This document shows positions 38,405 to 51,903 of a stretch of 64,000 bases of DNA, piece by piece. Both the position numbers and the translations under genes were made by a program. The notes below the pieces were generated by a model. The model was given only the letters and a program-made list of their open reading frames with translations, did no database searches and had not been told where the DNA came from. Within the stretch, counting starts at the first letter, position 1. Each line of letters begins with the position of its first letter. The DNA is from Octopus bimaculoides. Lineage: Eukaryota. The DNA lies in assembly GCF_001194135.2 (NCBI RefSeq), contig NC_069001.1, positions 33,862,244 to 33,926,243 of the forward strand, read 5' to 3'.

Positions 38405-39240
38405 TACAAGGGGGCACTGAAAAGCTCTTGGCTTTGGGTAAAAGAAAATACAGGAGGATCTGTTAATTATGATTTTATGCAACATATTCCCCTTTCAGAT
38501 TCACACACTTATTGCAGCTGTCCTTCAGTTCTTCTAAGCCCTGTAAAAGAACTCAGAAGTTTGGTCCTAAAACCAGGCCTTTCACACTACCCATAAAGCC
38601 AAGAAATTTTCAACACCCCTTGTACTGGATTCTACAAACAGGATTCCATTTGCTTTCTCTTTTTTTTTTTTTATGCATTCAAAATTATGACTGTTTTGGT
38701 CCTGGTGCTACTGATATTGTGAAGCAACGAAACTGCAAACATGAAAATAAAACCCATTTTGCTTGGTATTTGTGCACACTCTTGCTCAATGGCTGTACTC
38801 GCATTGTCAGCTGTTGCCTGTTTTGTACCTTAAACTTCAACTCTTATGTGTCCCTGTAAAAATGTCTTGTGTGAAGCCTAGTGAATATTGAGTGTTATTC
38901 TCCTGAACTTCTGTGTCCAGTTCATCAGTTTGGCAAAATACCATCAAGGTACACCCTTACATTACTTCGGTGATGTGAAGGTGTCTTATCTTGTTAAAAA
39001 TAAAACACCACATCTTTAAACTTGTCTTGAATGACTTACATAACAGATTATCATGGGTTAGGGTGCTGAGTTTGAATCCTGTAATAAACAAAATTTGCAT
39101 TATACTAGCAGAGAAATTGATATCTCTGCTGCTTTGTGTAATTGGGATGTCAATTCCTCTGGGATAAAGCATGGGCCATTCTGCCTAATGTGCAGAATGA
39201 TATTCAAATACAACCAACGTACACAAGACTCTATGATAAA
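38405..39240 (-). mobile_element. Mariner relic (HTH2 region plus C-terminus and TIR)
   Basis: ORF 38957..39172 reads ...DINFSASIMQILF..GFKLSTL.HDNL. C-terminus FLQGLEELKDSCNKCVNLKGEYVA*. TIR tacaagggggcactgaaaagctc at 38405. Confidence 0.8.
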
Positions 39241-39964
39241 ATAGCCTGATCATATGAAGTTCATTGAATAGTCCTCAGTATCTGGAAAGAACCTCAAGCA
39301 CCTCACTCTGATTGTAACATGATAAAATCTAAAGAAATGAACGAATAACATGTAATCCTAATCGATGGAATATTTTTTTTTTTTATTGAACTGATATTTT
39401 TTATGAGAGCAAAGCTATTTCTAGAATGTGAGGAAAGCAATATTCAATAACTAACAGATGCTACCAAAGTAGTATTTAATATATCCTTTCTTTTGAAGAC
39501 TACCACAAAATTTATTCTGAATTCTTACAGTGTATATAAATCAGACATATTGGAAATGGATTATTGAAGCTGGACATGTTGATATTGAAAGAAGAAAGAA
39601 AAAATGATGATTCAAGTTTGGTTTCTACATATGCTGTATTGCCATTTAAATTGAAATTATTGAAACCTGAGACTGACAAATGTTATGATGTACACTATAA
39701 TCGTTGAATGTTCTCAAAATAACATATATCACCAGCATTATTTATTTTCCTGCTTAAATATTGGTATAAGGCCACACATTTTGCAAGAAAAACACAGTCG
39801 ATTTAATTGACTCTAGCACTTGGATTATTCCATGTTCTATTGACCCAGAAAGAAGATTATGGTGGGATTTGAACGCAGAAAATGAAGTGAAGTAAATAAA
39901 TACTATAAGATACTTTATATGGTACTTTACTAATTTTGCTAGTCCTTTCATTACTGGGTCTTTA

Positions 39965-40440
39965 ATACTGATTTCAAATTTTGGCACAAGGGCAGCAAGT
40001 TCAGGAAGGGGGTTAAGCCAATTACATTGACCCCAGTACTCTACTGGTACTTATTTTATCGACCTCGAAAGGATAAAAGGACGGTTAAAAATGGACAAAA
40101 TGCCACAAAGCATTTTGCCTGGCACAGTAACTATTCTGCCAGTCAGTGTCATTATCAGTTGATCCAATCAACAGAACAGACTGCTCATAAAATTAATGTA
40201 CAAGTGGCTGAGCACTGAAGACACACATACCTTTGACTAATTCTCAGGGAGATATAGCATAACACAGAAAGTGACAAGGCTGGCCCTTTGAAATACAAGT
40301 ACTACTAAGTTTTGCCAGCTGAGTGAACTGGAGCAATGTAAGTAAAGTGTCTTGCTCAAGGATACAACGTGCCACTGGGGTTTGAATTCTGAAGTGGTTA
40401 GGGTATTCATGATCTGAACAACCACTGAGCCATGTGTCTT
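39965..40440 (-). mobile_element. SINE family B (39965-40145) adjacent to a family D/CORE-like SINE (40150-40440)
   Basis: Reverse-complement matches to 49405-49625 and 31200-31330. Confidence 0.65.
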
Positions 40441-41875
40441 CACTTGCAAGCTCTATATTTGGTGATGTACATATAGGGTGAGCTATAATGACATAGAAAG
40501 ATAACTTAGGTTAAGAATGCCTCATCATTGATTGATGCCTAGAAAACAAATTAATATCAGGGTAGGATAAATAACTAGCAAAAATAACATCAGATAAAAT
40601 GCAAAGCCGGTGTATTAAAGAGAAGGAAAATAAGTGGACGTTTTGGACTATAGTTCTTTGTCAGGACAGAATGAATGAGAAAAGAAGGAAAATGCAATGA
40701 AAAAATATCAGTGTTTGTTCAATGTACCATGTTTGAATGGCAAATGGGAAGTTGTGAAGTGAAGAATTTGGTTTTGTAGGGGTGAAGAGTAAGAGAAATA
40801 AACATGATAAACAAATATGGAAGAAGATGGAGTGATTAAGTGAAGCACTTTGTACATTTGACTGAATCATTAGAACATCAGATAAAAATGTTTTGCTGCA
40901 TTTATTCCATGTTCTGAATTTGGATCCTATGAAATCAAACTTTGCAATGGTCAGGGAAGTATGTATGATGAGCAAAAGTAAATGGTTTATGGGTAATGTG
41001 TGTTGGGAAGAGTGGTGAAGTAAATGAAGTGAAATATGTTTGGTGTTTCAAAGTGTGTGTGTATGAGAGAGAGAGAGAGAGAGAGTGAATGAGTGAGGTA
41101 AGTGTGTGAATATGATTGTGTATGTGTGTTGAGTAGGATATTAGTGGGTGTCTGTAACACTGTTTAGGTTTTAGGGTAGGGATTTGTGGTGGACACAGGT
41201 GGTTCTGTGTAAGTGTAGGATGAGAAGATGGGTAGAGTGTGTGTTTGTGGTTTGTGTGCAAGCAGTATGTGAGTGTATAGGTGGAAAAGGAAGTAATAAT
41301 AATGTGTGTGTGTGTGCATATGTAGGACATGTGTTAGAGGATAGTAAGTCGGTTGTTCAGAACAGCAGAGAAAGCTGCGTTTAAGCCGAAGAGTAATTGA
41401 AAGAGCAAGCAAAAGTAAATGTCAAACAGTATTTCTATTGCTCTTGTAGTTTGAGATCAAATTCTGCTAAGTTTGGTGTTACTTTTCCTGTCATTATGTA
41501 AAGAAACTGTAGACTTTGTGTGCAAAAACCACACTGAACAGAATTCCAAATGATGTCAGTAGACTACCAGACATAGTACTTCAGCTTGATTTCACCTTCT
41601 TGGTCATTTGAAGTTACATATAAAGTCTATAGAGAGATTTTTCTCCAAGACAGAATTCTGCAGGGAATGTTCTTCATATTCTAGTGTTCAGGAATGTGTT
41701 AAAAGTCAGTGTACATATCTCTTTTCTGTTTTAATAGTCACTGTTCTGTGTGTGTTTGTATAACATTAAATTCAGTTTTCTAAGTCTTAGCACACACGTA
41801 CAGCCTTCTAGCTTGCCGGTCCTCAGTCAAACCGTCCATTCCAAGCCAACATGGAAAGTGGACATTAAACGATGA

Positions 41876-41923
<48 letters not shown>

Positions 41924-42454
41924 CAAAAGAGGAAAATATAGGAAAATATGTTTAAATGCACAAAATTCAATAGTGTTAGAAGTGATCAATAAGAAATGTG
42001 GATCCTCAAAGGTTTGGTCATACTGAGTCAAAATTCAATAATATCAAATATGATTTAAATGTTCACAACATTCAATGATATGAAAAATGTGGATCATCTT
42101 GTTTAAATGTACAAAATTATATAAATTATTATTCAAAAGTATAAAGACACATGTTTTTTTAAAGTTATTTAGAAATTTAGCTTTGCATTTAAGTGAACTA
42201 AAGGGCAATAATATATGGTAAATAAGTATTTCGTGAATACTTTGAAATATATACCTTGTACCTTTATTATCAGATTACGACATCTGATTTTCCAATTTTT
42301 CCTTGTGTATCAACACTTCAAAACTGTAAAGTCACTAACACGTTTTCAATTCTTTCCAGATTGTTTCAGAAAATATTTGACTCAGTTGTATTCTCTGTGA
42401 TCGAAATTACATTCCCAGTATGCCAAAAACTACAAAGTTTTCCAAAATTGAACA

Positions 42455-42775
42455 GTGTTGTAAGAAGTTAGCTTCCCAGCCATATGGGTCTGTGTTCAGT
42501 CCCATTGTATCTTCTGCTATAGCCTTGTCAGTGGATTTGGTAGACAGAAACTGAAAGAAGCCTGTTGTGTGTGTGAGTGTCCCCCCCCCCCCAACATCGC
42601 TTGACAACCAATGCTGGTGTGTTTATGTCCCCGTAACTTAGCAGTTTGACAAAAAGAGACCGATAGAATAAGTACTAGACATACAAAGAATAAGTCCTGC
42701 GGTTGATTTGCTCGACTAAAGGCGGTGTTCCAGCATGGCCGTAGTCAAATGACTGAAATAAGTAAAAGAGTAAAA
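42455..42775 (+). mobile_element. SINE family A, CpG-retaining copy
   Basis: Standard head and tail motifs: gatttgctcgactaaaggcggtgttccagcatggccgtagtc. Confidence 0.8.
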
Positions 42776-42996
42776 GAAATGTGATCAGCGGGAGGGAGAG
42801 ATCCCTGAAGCAGTGCCCTACACAACCGCAGTCCAGTGGTGGAACCAGTAAAAGACTAAAAGGAATTGCGATTTTCGTTCAGTCCTTTAAAATCAATACT
42901 ATAATTTCGTCTTTGATTCTCGTGTGTTGTCATTGACATTCAAATACACACATAAGTACACGTAAAGGAAACAATACTTGCAACTCAGTTCTACTC

Positions 42997-43177
42997 NNNN
43001 NNNNNNNNNNNNNNNNNNNNNNNNNNNNNNNNNNNNNNNNNNNNNNNNNNNNNNNNNNNNNNNNNNNNNNNNNNNNNNNNNNNNNNNNNNNNNNNNNNNN
43101 NNNNNNNNNNNNNNNNNNNNNNNNNNNNNNNNNNNNNNNNNNNNNNNNNNNNNNNNNNNNNNNNNNNNNNNNNNNNN
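42997..43177. other. Assembly gap (N run)
   Basis: N characters in the sequence. Confidence 1.
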
Positions 43178-46100
43178 AATAAAGGAAGAAATTTTACTTT
43201 TTTATTTATTCGTTTTTGTTTACGAATTCCGGAATGACCTCTAAATGAAAATAATAATGATGGTAAAATATAAAACTATCAATCAATCCAAAATTGGCAT
43301 CGGTTACTATGGCACCACAAATAAAATTGTTATTATAGGTAATCTTTATATGGATGTCTTGTTAGAACATTGAATACTACGTTATCAGCCTGCCGAACAA
43401 AACGCTTAGCGTCATTTCTTCCGACTCTACGTTTTGAGTTCAAATTCCGCCGATGTCGACTTTTTGGGGTAAGCACTGGGGGCGATATAATCGACTAACA
43501 TCTTGCCCCGAAAAAAAAAAAAAAAAAAAAAATTGCTGGCCCTCATATAGTCACTTCGTGTATAAAAATACACACTTTTAGGCACCAAGTGCCTATATGA
43601 GAACATCTCTCAAAGCTAATGACGCAGTATTCGGTGCTATAACAAGACGGCCATGCTCAATGGGGTATAAAGATTATCTTTTCGTATTAACACTCCTTCT
43701 GTCACTAATAAAGTTATATCTGAATTTTATTATAGGTTTAAGGACAATAAAAGTTTTGCAACCACGAAGGGACTTAACGGGGTTTCACTTCAATTAATGC
43801 CCCAGTTTTGTATTTCATAGAAACAGTTATAATGATTGGTTTTAAGGTACAAGACGAGGAATTTTGGAGGGAAAGGGTTAGTCAGTATCCTCGATCCTCA
43901 GTACTTGATTAGTTTTATTTTATTTTATTGATACTCGAGTAAGGCAAAGGAAAGTTGATCTCAGCGGGATTTGAACTCGGAATGTAATAAACCAGAAGAC
44001 ATTTTCTCCGACATCCTAACGATCCTGTTAGCTAACAACAACATTTATAATGATATTTACCTGTTCTAATTTTGACACAAGGCTAGGCTAGCAATTTTTT
44101 TCAGAGTAGAATCACCAGCGGTACTTTTGAGTCTGCTGTAGGCAATACGTTTTTTTTTTTTTTTTTTTTTGTGGGATCCGGGGGTGACAAATGGAAGGGC
44201 CGTCCCGGGCGGCACATATTCTAGCTACGTTAGAAAGGATGAAAGGTTAGCTCGACCTCGGTGGAATTTGAACTCAAAACGTAAAGAGTTGGAAGAAATG
44301 CCACCAAACATTTTGTTCGGCATGCTAACGATTCTACAGGTATGTTGCATCAATATTAATTTGCTACAAAGCATCGGATGAAAGGGGGACATCACAAGAT
44401 AGGTTACATAAGATGTGAATGGGAATATAAACTAAATCGGATGTAGGAAAAAACTGAATGAGTTAAAATATTTACACACAATATTCAAATATACGGATGA
44501 TATAATCCGGCTGATATACGAGGATGTCCAGTTAGGCCCAATCAAGAATCTACACTGGTCCAAAATAGGCATGAACACCAAGGGCATTTTCCTTCTCTCA
44601 ATATTTGATCTCTGGCATACAAATGCTCATAGATATTCCATATACTTCTACCATTTTTGCATAAATAGTTAACGGCTTATGACGCCAAAGAAATAAAACA
44701 AAAGAAAAAAACGAAAGCCGAATGATAACCCCAGTGTGCAGCTCTCGGACAGACAAACGGCAGTTGTGAAACAGCATTAAGGCATCCACTACTCACACCA
44801 ATGTTTTGCACCAATATTCGAAGTTCAAATATCTTAAATATCGATTTTTATTGATTTCTAGCATTGCAGCTCTGCAGATTTCCATGGGAGATATACAGCC
44901 AATTGAATTGATGTCCGTATACATATAAGTATTAATTCTATTGATTCGCGAAAGGGTTGGGGTTGAAAGGTAAAATAGATTCGGCTGGGGTTGAACTCAG
45001 AGCGCAAAGAAACTCAGTCCAACGCTCTACAGCCATCCGCAAGGATTAATATTATCGACGACATAATCGAGTTAATCCAAACAGTGAAGTAATCATTAAT
45101 TTATTGTATCTTAGCGAAACAATTAAGACAATAGGAAATTTTAAAATTAGTACATCTCTTCTAACGGGAGTAAAAATAATAAAATAATATCTTAAAATAT
45201 ATTTTAAAAAACATTAAATTTTCAGTTGGAAATATAAAAATATCATTTGTAAAAAAAAGTAATTTCATACTTCTAAAGTTAAGTTAGATTTTGTTGGTGA
45301 AATCAATTGGATATAATATATAGAAGCTGACTATTAGCACAATTAGCGTGAACCGGCTTAAGCGGTAAAACTAGTGAGTTTGGCAGAAAAGGTTGTGTTT
45401 TACAATATTTTTTTACTTCCGTTTCTTTATATTTTGAGTTCATCATAGATCGATATAATCAGCACCCGCTACTAATGCAATTCTTCGCACGCACGCACAC
45501 ATGCAATCATAAACTCCTTCCGCCCCCGCACTCATCCGACTCCGAATAACAGTCGCCAAGTGCGAAAATTGCGTTCATTCAAAGCACGTAAGGAATCTCA
45601 ATGTGGTCGCTTGTTCTGCTTGAAAATGCAGCGAAATATCCTTCAAATCATGCTCCATCATCTTTAAAATGAAAGAACATAGTATATCTACAATTACATA
45701 ATATCCTGTCTTAAAAAAATGAGACAGGTATGCTTGATCAGAGTTAATCTAGGTACACACGTTAGATTTATACTGAATTCATTTCGGTTGAATATGAAGA
45801 TCAGTCCGGACATTAAATTACCAATCAGGAGCAGCGCAGCTTTCCAATAACTTGGTCAGAAGAAGGGCAACGCCCATAATCTTTTCACATAGTTTCGGTG
45901 ACACTTGACGAAAAGGGAGGATTTTAATATCCTCAAACTGGAGACATCGACTCTACAAAAAGCATTTAATGGTCATGAGAAGAGTCAATCACCCAAGCTA
46001 AATGTGCCAGCACTCTAGACAACATCTGTTGCATTGACTGGTAAGCCTTTACTCAGAAACATGAAGCACTTGGATCACTTTCTGATCATCTGCTCCTCGG

Positions 46101-46217
46101 TTTGTTTCATGAGTTTTCATCTTGGACCTTACATAGAACCTACACTCAAACAAGTTATAGGAAAGTGGGTTATACATCATTAGAGGTATACCTGACTTTC
46201 CTATATAAAATTAAGAA

Positions 46218-46515
46218 TATAACGGAACGCTGAACTCCAGACTATCAACATAACAACATTTATTCAAGGTGGCTTATATACATCTTTATCTCTTGTTTGT
46301 TGAGACGTCTTCTGTGTGTGTGAGCATGGTTGTTGGGACGTTGGTATGTAAATGTGAGCGAGCTGTCTAGCGTAAGTTCGAAAGATGGAGAGAGACAGCT
46401 AAACGCGTCCTTGCTCAATCGCTGGCCAGCAAGAAAGAGACAGAATGAAGCGGGAAAGCTTGGTTGTTGAATTCCACGCATGCGTGAGACTACGCATGCG
46501 CACGGCGTTACTACA
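46218..46515 (-). mobile_element. LTR, probably the 3' LTR of the adjacent Gypsy relic
   Basis: The minus strand starts TGTAGTAACG and ends CGTTATA. It contains GTATATAAG followed about 15 nt later by AATAAA, and lies downstream of the integrase on the same strand. Confidence 0.65.
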
Positions 46516-46869
46516 AAGTCAATAAATACATTTTTCTGTCGTAATTACGAGAGAAATGTATTTATTGACTTGTTTGAGCGTCATTCGGCTTTCTTTCTTT
46601 CTTATTTTTTTTATTTCTTTGGCGTCATAAGCCGTTAACTATTTATGCAAAAAGAAAATTCGCATTACATTAGACATGGATACAGGCCCATCGCCAGATT
46701 TTGGTGCCTGGGAGTATAACAACAACATTGTCAATTATTAGAATTCGCAAAAGCCAGCTGGTGCGAGAACAGGCAAAGAGAGAAGTTCGTAAGACTGTAA
46801 AGAAAATTCAATGCGAAACAGTTCAGCAAGAAAGTCTTTGGAATTCACAAAGTAATCAAAAATAGTACG

Positions 46870-48020
46870 TATGAGCATATTTGGCCGACCAATGAACACT
46901 TGGTAACCCGAGCTGGAGCGGGTGTAGCAACTGGTGTGTTATTAGATGTGTCAGAAGAGTGCGTAAGGTGTGTGGATGCAGGTACGGGTGTCATGGGTGG
47001 GGAAGTGGAGTGTAGTTGCTCGGAAGGTGAATCAATAAAAGCCTGCTACACGCGATCTATACTAACAGTCTGCTGTTTCCCATGAATGTCTAAAACCATT
47101 ACGTCATTGCGTATGAAAACACGAGTCCATTTACGAATGTCCGATGGAACAAAAGACTCGATTGATTGTGATCTAGTTACCAAAGGAGGTAATTCCATCA
47201 TGTATTTTCGCAATCGATGACCATAATTTGTTGGATCGAAATTCCGGTTAGTTGCAGTTGTGTTTGTGACCAGGTTTTGCAAAAGGGGCGCCATAAAGTA
47301 GTTCCACCGGTGAAAAACCTAGGTCTTCCTTGACAGTCGATCGAAGACCCAACAAAACAATTGGTAATGCTTCTAACCAAGCATCTGACTCGAGATAAGC
47401 GCGTAGAGTAGCTTTCAGTTGACGATGAAAACTCTCTGTCATCCGATTAAACATGGGGTGGTACGCAGTGGTACGGATTCGTTGAATCCCAGCAAGTTCG
47501 AAAGTTCAGTAAAGAGATTTGATTCAAATTGTCGACCTCTATCAGTAGTTATGGTGAGGGGTGTTCTAAAAGGTGAAATGCACCCAGTCATGAGAACCTT
47601 TGCAAACGTGAGAAATGGAATGTCCTTGAAGGGTATGGCTTCAGATCATCTAGAAAAACGATCTATACAGGTCAACAAATATACATTATCTTGAATTGGT
47701 GGCAAGGGACTCACAATATCCATGTGGATATGTTTAAAACGCGCATCTGGAATAACAAAAGTGCCTTAATGTGACGTTTGAACTTTAGCTTTCTGGCACG
47801 ATATGCAAGTGCGCGCCCAATTACGAATGTGTTTTTTGCATATAGGACAACACAAAACTACTTGATTAGCTCTCATCCAAAAAAATCTATGATCAAAGGC
47901 GTCCTAGGACTACGTTATATGCAATGTGCTTCCGCTTTGAAAACTGTAGAGTGTAATTTAAATGAGATCTGGTTGCAGCTCACTCTGTCTTGTAGGATAC
48001 ATCAAACCTCGGAGGAAAAC
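46870..48020 (-). pseudogene. Ty3/Gypsy LTR-retrotransposon integrase, disrupted
   Basis: Manual translation: WARTCISCQKAK (HHCC zinc finger), PDARFKHIHMDIV..YLLTCIDRFSR, ITTDRGRQFES, TTAYHP..ESFHRQLKA...LEALPIVLLGLRS..KEDLGFSPVELLYG, and VFIRND...GKQQTVSIDRVKPA. Stops and frameshifts are present. Confidence 0.93.
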
Positions 48021-48134
48021 AAGGGCAAATCCTTTCAGTAATATACCAAAAAAGCCATGTGGCTCTTTTACACGGCCATTGAAAGTAAAAAAGATTTTTT
48101 AAAAAATGACTTGATGTTATCTCTTCTTACCTTG

Positions 48135-48485
48135 GTTCAATCATTAGACTGTGGTCATGCTGGAGCATCACCTTGAAGAATTTTAGTCGGACGAATCGAC
48201 CCCAGTACTTATTTTCTTTTTTAAGCTTGATACTTATTCTATTGATTTCTTTTTTCCGAACCGCTAAGTTATGGGGACAAAAACACACCAACAACAGTTG
48301 TCAAGCGATGGTGGGTAACACACACACACACACACACCTAGTTTCCGTCTACCAAATTTACTCACAAAGCTTTGGTCGGTCCAAGACAATAGTAGAAGAC
48401 ACTTGCCGAAGATACCATGCCGTGGGACTGAACCCGGAACCAAGCAGTTGGAAAGCAAACTTCTTAGGACACAGCCACACCTTCG
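48135..48485 (-). mobile_element. SINE family A, near full length, CpG-retaining
   Basis: Reverse complement of the family A head and tail. Confidence 0.8.
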
Positions 48486-48964
48486 CCTGTTTTATGTATT
48501 AACTATTTCACGAAAGCACTTTATAGAAATGTATATAGACTTCTACATTTAAATATTACAAATGCATCCTTTTCACTTGTAATTAAGATGAAAAAGCGTA
48601 AAATATGTAAAAATATAAGCAATATGAAAGACCACCCCCATTCAACCAGATTTCAACTTCCGCTGTTTTAAACTTGAAAAAAGGAAAAAAGATGAATATT
48701 AGATTCACTTCCTGATTCTATCAGCAACAACAACAGAATGATTAAAATTTAAAATCAATAATAAAACTTGTTTTCGTTAATAATGAATGCAATGATATTT
48801 AATTCGTGAAAACTGTTAATTAATTTTACAATATAAAGGAAAGCATCAAAATAAAAATTTAAAAAAAAAAACGTATAATCTGGCAAAATGTAAACGAATG
48901 TGATATAATGATGATCTCTTTAGTGCTTTTACTCTATGACAATATTGATTTCTAAGAGCTGTGC

Positions 48965-49625
48965 AAGGCCGAATATTTATGGAAGATGTAGAATTGATTA
49001 AATCGAATCGGTGCATGACTGGTACTTTATTTTATCGTTATCGGTGTGACGAAAGGGAAAGTCAACTGAGTCGGGACTTGATCTTGGAATATATGGACTC
49101 GTAATGAAATAACGCAAAGCATTATGCGCGATGCTCTGAAGATTTTGACACTTCATCGCCATAAATTATTTTAATATTGGTATTAAGACGAAGACAGCGA
49201 GCTAGCAGAACCGTTAGCATGCCGAACAAAATGCTTAGCAGCATTTCGTCCGGCTTTACGTCTTGAGTTCAAGTTCCGCCGAGGTCAATTTTTTCATCCC
49301 TTCAGGGTACCAGCTGAGTACTGGGGTCGGTGTAATCGACTTACCCCCTCCCTACGAACTTGCTGGCCTTGTGCCAAAATCTGAAACCAGTATTCGTATT
49401 AAGACTAAGGCGGTGAGCTGGCAGAACCGTTAGCATACTGGACAAAATACTTAGCGGCATTTCGTCTGTCTTTATGTTTTGAGTTCAAATTCCGCCGAGG
49501 TCGACTTTGCCTTTCATCCTTTCGAGATTGATAAAATAAGTACCAGTTGAGCACTGGAGTCGATATAATCGACTTACCCCGTCTCCCCGAACTTGCTGGC
49601 TTTGTGCCAAAATTCGAAACCAATA
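48965..49625. mobile_element. SINE family B: - copy (48965-49160) head-to-head with a tandem + dimer (49185-49390, 49405-49625)
   Basis: Two consecutive ggcggtgagctggcagaaccgttagca...gagttcaaattccgccgaggtcgac...ggccttgtgccaaaa units. Confidence 0.85.
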
Positions 49626-50495
49626 TTGGTCTGAAGACAGTTTGCAGCTGTTAAACAATTTTGTCGAATTGTTTGTTGATTAGCTGTCGATTGAGCTGAT
49701 CTATTTCTTTCTTCTTCGTCGTGTCCACAGAGGAATGGCGAAAGGATTATGGACTGCAAGGAAACGCTCGTTTCTTGGAGTCTTCACGTCATCAATTTGG
49801 AGAGAGACGAGGATCGGCCTCAGTACTAATAAGTACTAAGTTTATCGATCTTGAAAGAATGACAAACAAAGTTGTTTGTACTCAGTAAAGTTGAGCTCAA
49901 AGCACGAGTGTTTTCCAGCTTGAACGCTTCGGTTGTTGTTTTTTGGATATTTTACTTTGCATTTTCGATACCCACCTCTTGAATGCTTAAAACTACAAAA
50001 TATGTGTTGTTTACTCGTTTTTTTTTTGGGGGGGGGGTCATTTTCGGCGTATTAAATGCTTAAAATCCGTGCTATCGCATCACAGTGTTGACATTATTGT
50101 TTTGTCGCCTTACGATTTCCGGCATGCACAAGTGACAGCTTTCAAATCCTGTTTTCTGACTAGATAAAAATGATCAAATTTTAAAACTCTGTAACTTTTT
50201 TTTATTAATTTTTGTGGAGCAGATGAATTAGCCCCTGAGATTTAGCGTGAAAAATTACATCAATACATCAAATTTGAAGATTTTTCCCTTCATTTTAAAA
50301 TTTCAAAAAGTGCAGCCAAACAGAAAAGATCCGATCATTTCAATTTTGAGTCATGGAACCCGAATAAAAATTTATATATGTATAAAGAATTACTGATGTT
50401 TTGTACACGTATTCTGAAAATCGCATGATTTTTTTTGAGAAACTAACCACGAAAAAATTACAAATCGTTCAAGATTGAAATTTTTGTAATATATA

Positions 50496-50690
50496 ACGCA
50501 AGTAGTACGCGATAGTCATTCTAGAAATAGGGGGTATTGAAGTGGGGGATGCAGCATGACTCGGGAAGAACGATTGCAATCACATCAGTTTAGTGGAGCT
50601 AGATGCTATGTTGAATCTGGCGCTGAAATGGGGACAACACATTATCGAGATTGAGACTGATTCAACTACGGTTTGTGGAGGGGTAAGATC
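50496..50690 (+). pseudogene. Ty3/Gypsy RNase H fragment
   Basis: ASS/..ILEIGGIEVGDAA*LGKNDCNHISLVELDAMLNLALKWGQHIIEIETDSTTV matches the DAS...ELDA...TDS pattern of retrotransposon RNase H. Confidence 0.7.
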
Positions 50691-51731
50691 TGATTGTCTT
50701 GCTTGTTGTCTTCTTCGCTGGGTTTTTCTCTCTATTTTTCTATCCCGTTCTTCTTTCTTTTGTCCCCCCTCTCTCTATACATATTTCCCCCCTCCCTACA
50801 GCTCTTTCTTTCCGTCTAATCACTCACGTTCTCTTTCTCTATTTCTGTTTCTCTTCAGTTTCTCTTTCTGTCTATCTCCCTTCCTCCTCTGTTTTTATTT
50901 TTTCAAATTCTCTCTTCTCACTCCTATTTGTCTTATTTTCCTTCGCCGTTTCGCCACCCATTTATTGTTTTTCTATTTCTTTTCCCTCCCTTTTTGTTTT
51001 TTCTATTTTCACCTCCTTCTCTTCATCCTTACCCCCNNNNNNNNNNTGCCACTCAATGCAGTCTTGTCTTCACCCAGGTGGAGAGTCTCTCAAAGTCCAT
51101 CATTCACAGATATCATAAAAAGTATTAATCGTCTTACCATTTGTTAATTGTTCGTCTGTGACGGCGGTGAATTATTTAAATTATTTGGGTCACAGGTGGC
51201 TAATTTTGATCCAACACGTTCATATCGCCGTCGTTTTAGGCTGCTTGTTGTTTGTTGTTACTTTGTAATGATAGTCAGGTGGTAGTGGTGGAGATGAAGA
51301 AGATAGTATTTGTAACAAGTCGTTTTGATGCTGGCGGCAGAGATCGTTACCGTACTGTTTTTAATATGACAATAATTCGGTTTGTAGCCCGCGTCGTACA
51401 GACCTATAACTAAAAGCATTCCAACAGGAATAATCCCGTTTTTGAAATTCATTTTTCAGACATAATATTTCAAGGATTACATTATCCAATGTGTCTCTAT
51501 TTTTCGTTTTTGTATTTGAAAAAGACTTTGTGATGCGATGTGTGTAAGATTTGGCGGCTATTTTTTTTTTTTTGCCGCGTAGAGGTTCATAACGGTTCTT
51601 GGGGGTGGTGATGGTGGAAAGAGAGACATTTAAAAGGACTATAAGAATGAACTACTCTGTACTGTTTGTGTCCGCAGCTACGTGGTTCCAGGTTCGAGTC
51701 CAAAGCGTAACACCTGTCGTGTGTATGTATG

Positions 51732-51903
51732 CAGTACAATCTTAAGACCTGTGTACACTGGGCAGTTGCCCAGGGGACCCCACGGGTTTAAGGACCTAAT
51801 TCTGTTCCGTTTGTGATATGTGGCTTGCTGTCAGTAAATAACTACTATAGGGACCAATGTAATGATTTGACTGGGGCCCCACAATACTGCTAAGACGGCC
51901 CCG
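51732..51903. mobile_element. Small GC-rich MITE (hAT/Harbinger-like TIR)
   Basis: Right end taagacggcccc; degenerate left end cagtacaatcttaa; internal gggcagttgcccagggg and ggggcccc. Confidence 0.4.

Noticed and set aside
39531-39607. Possible terminal coding exon YINQTYWKWIIEAGHVDIERRKKK*
   Set aside because: Protein-like, but short, unrecognised and not linkable to any other exon; it may be a LINE remnant.
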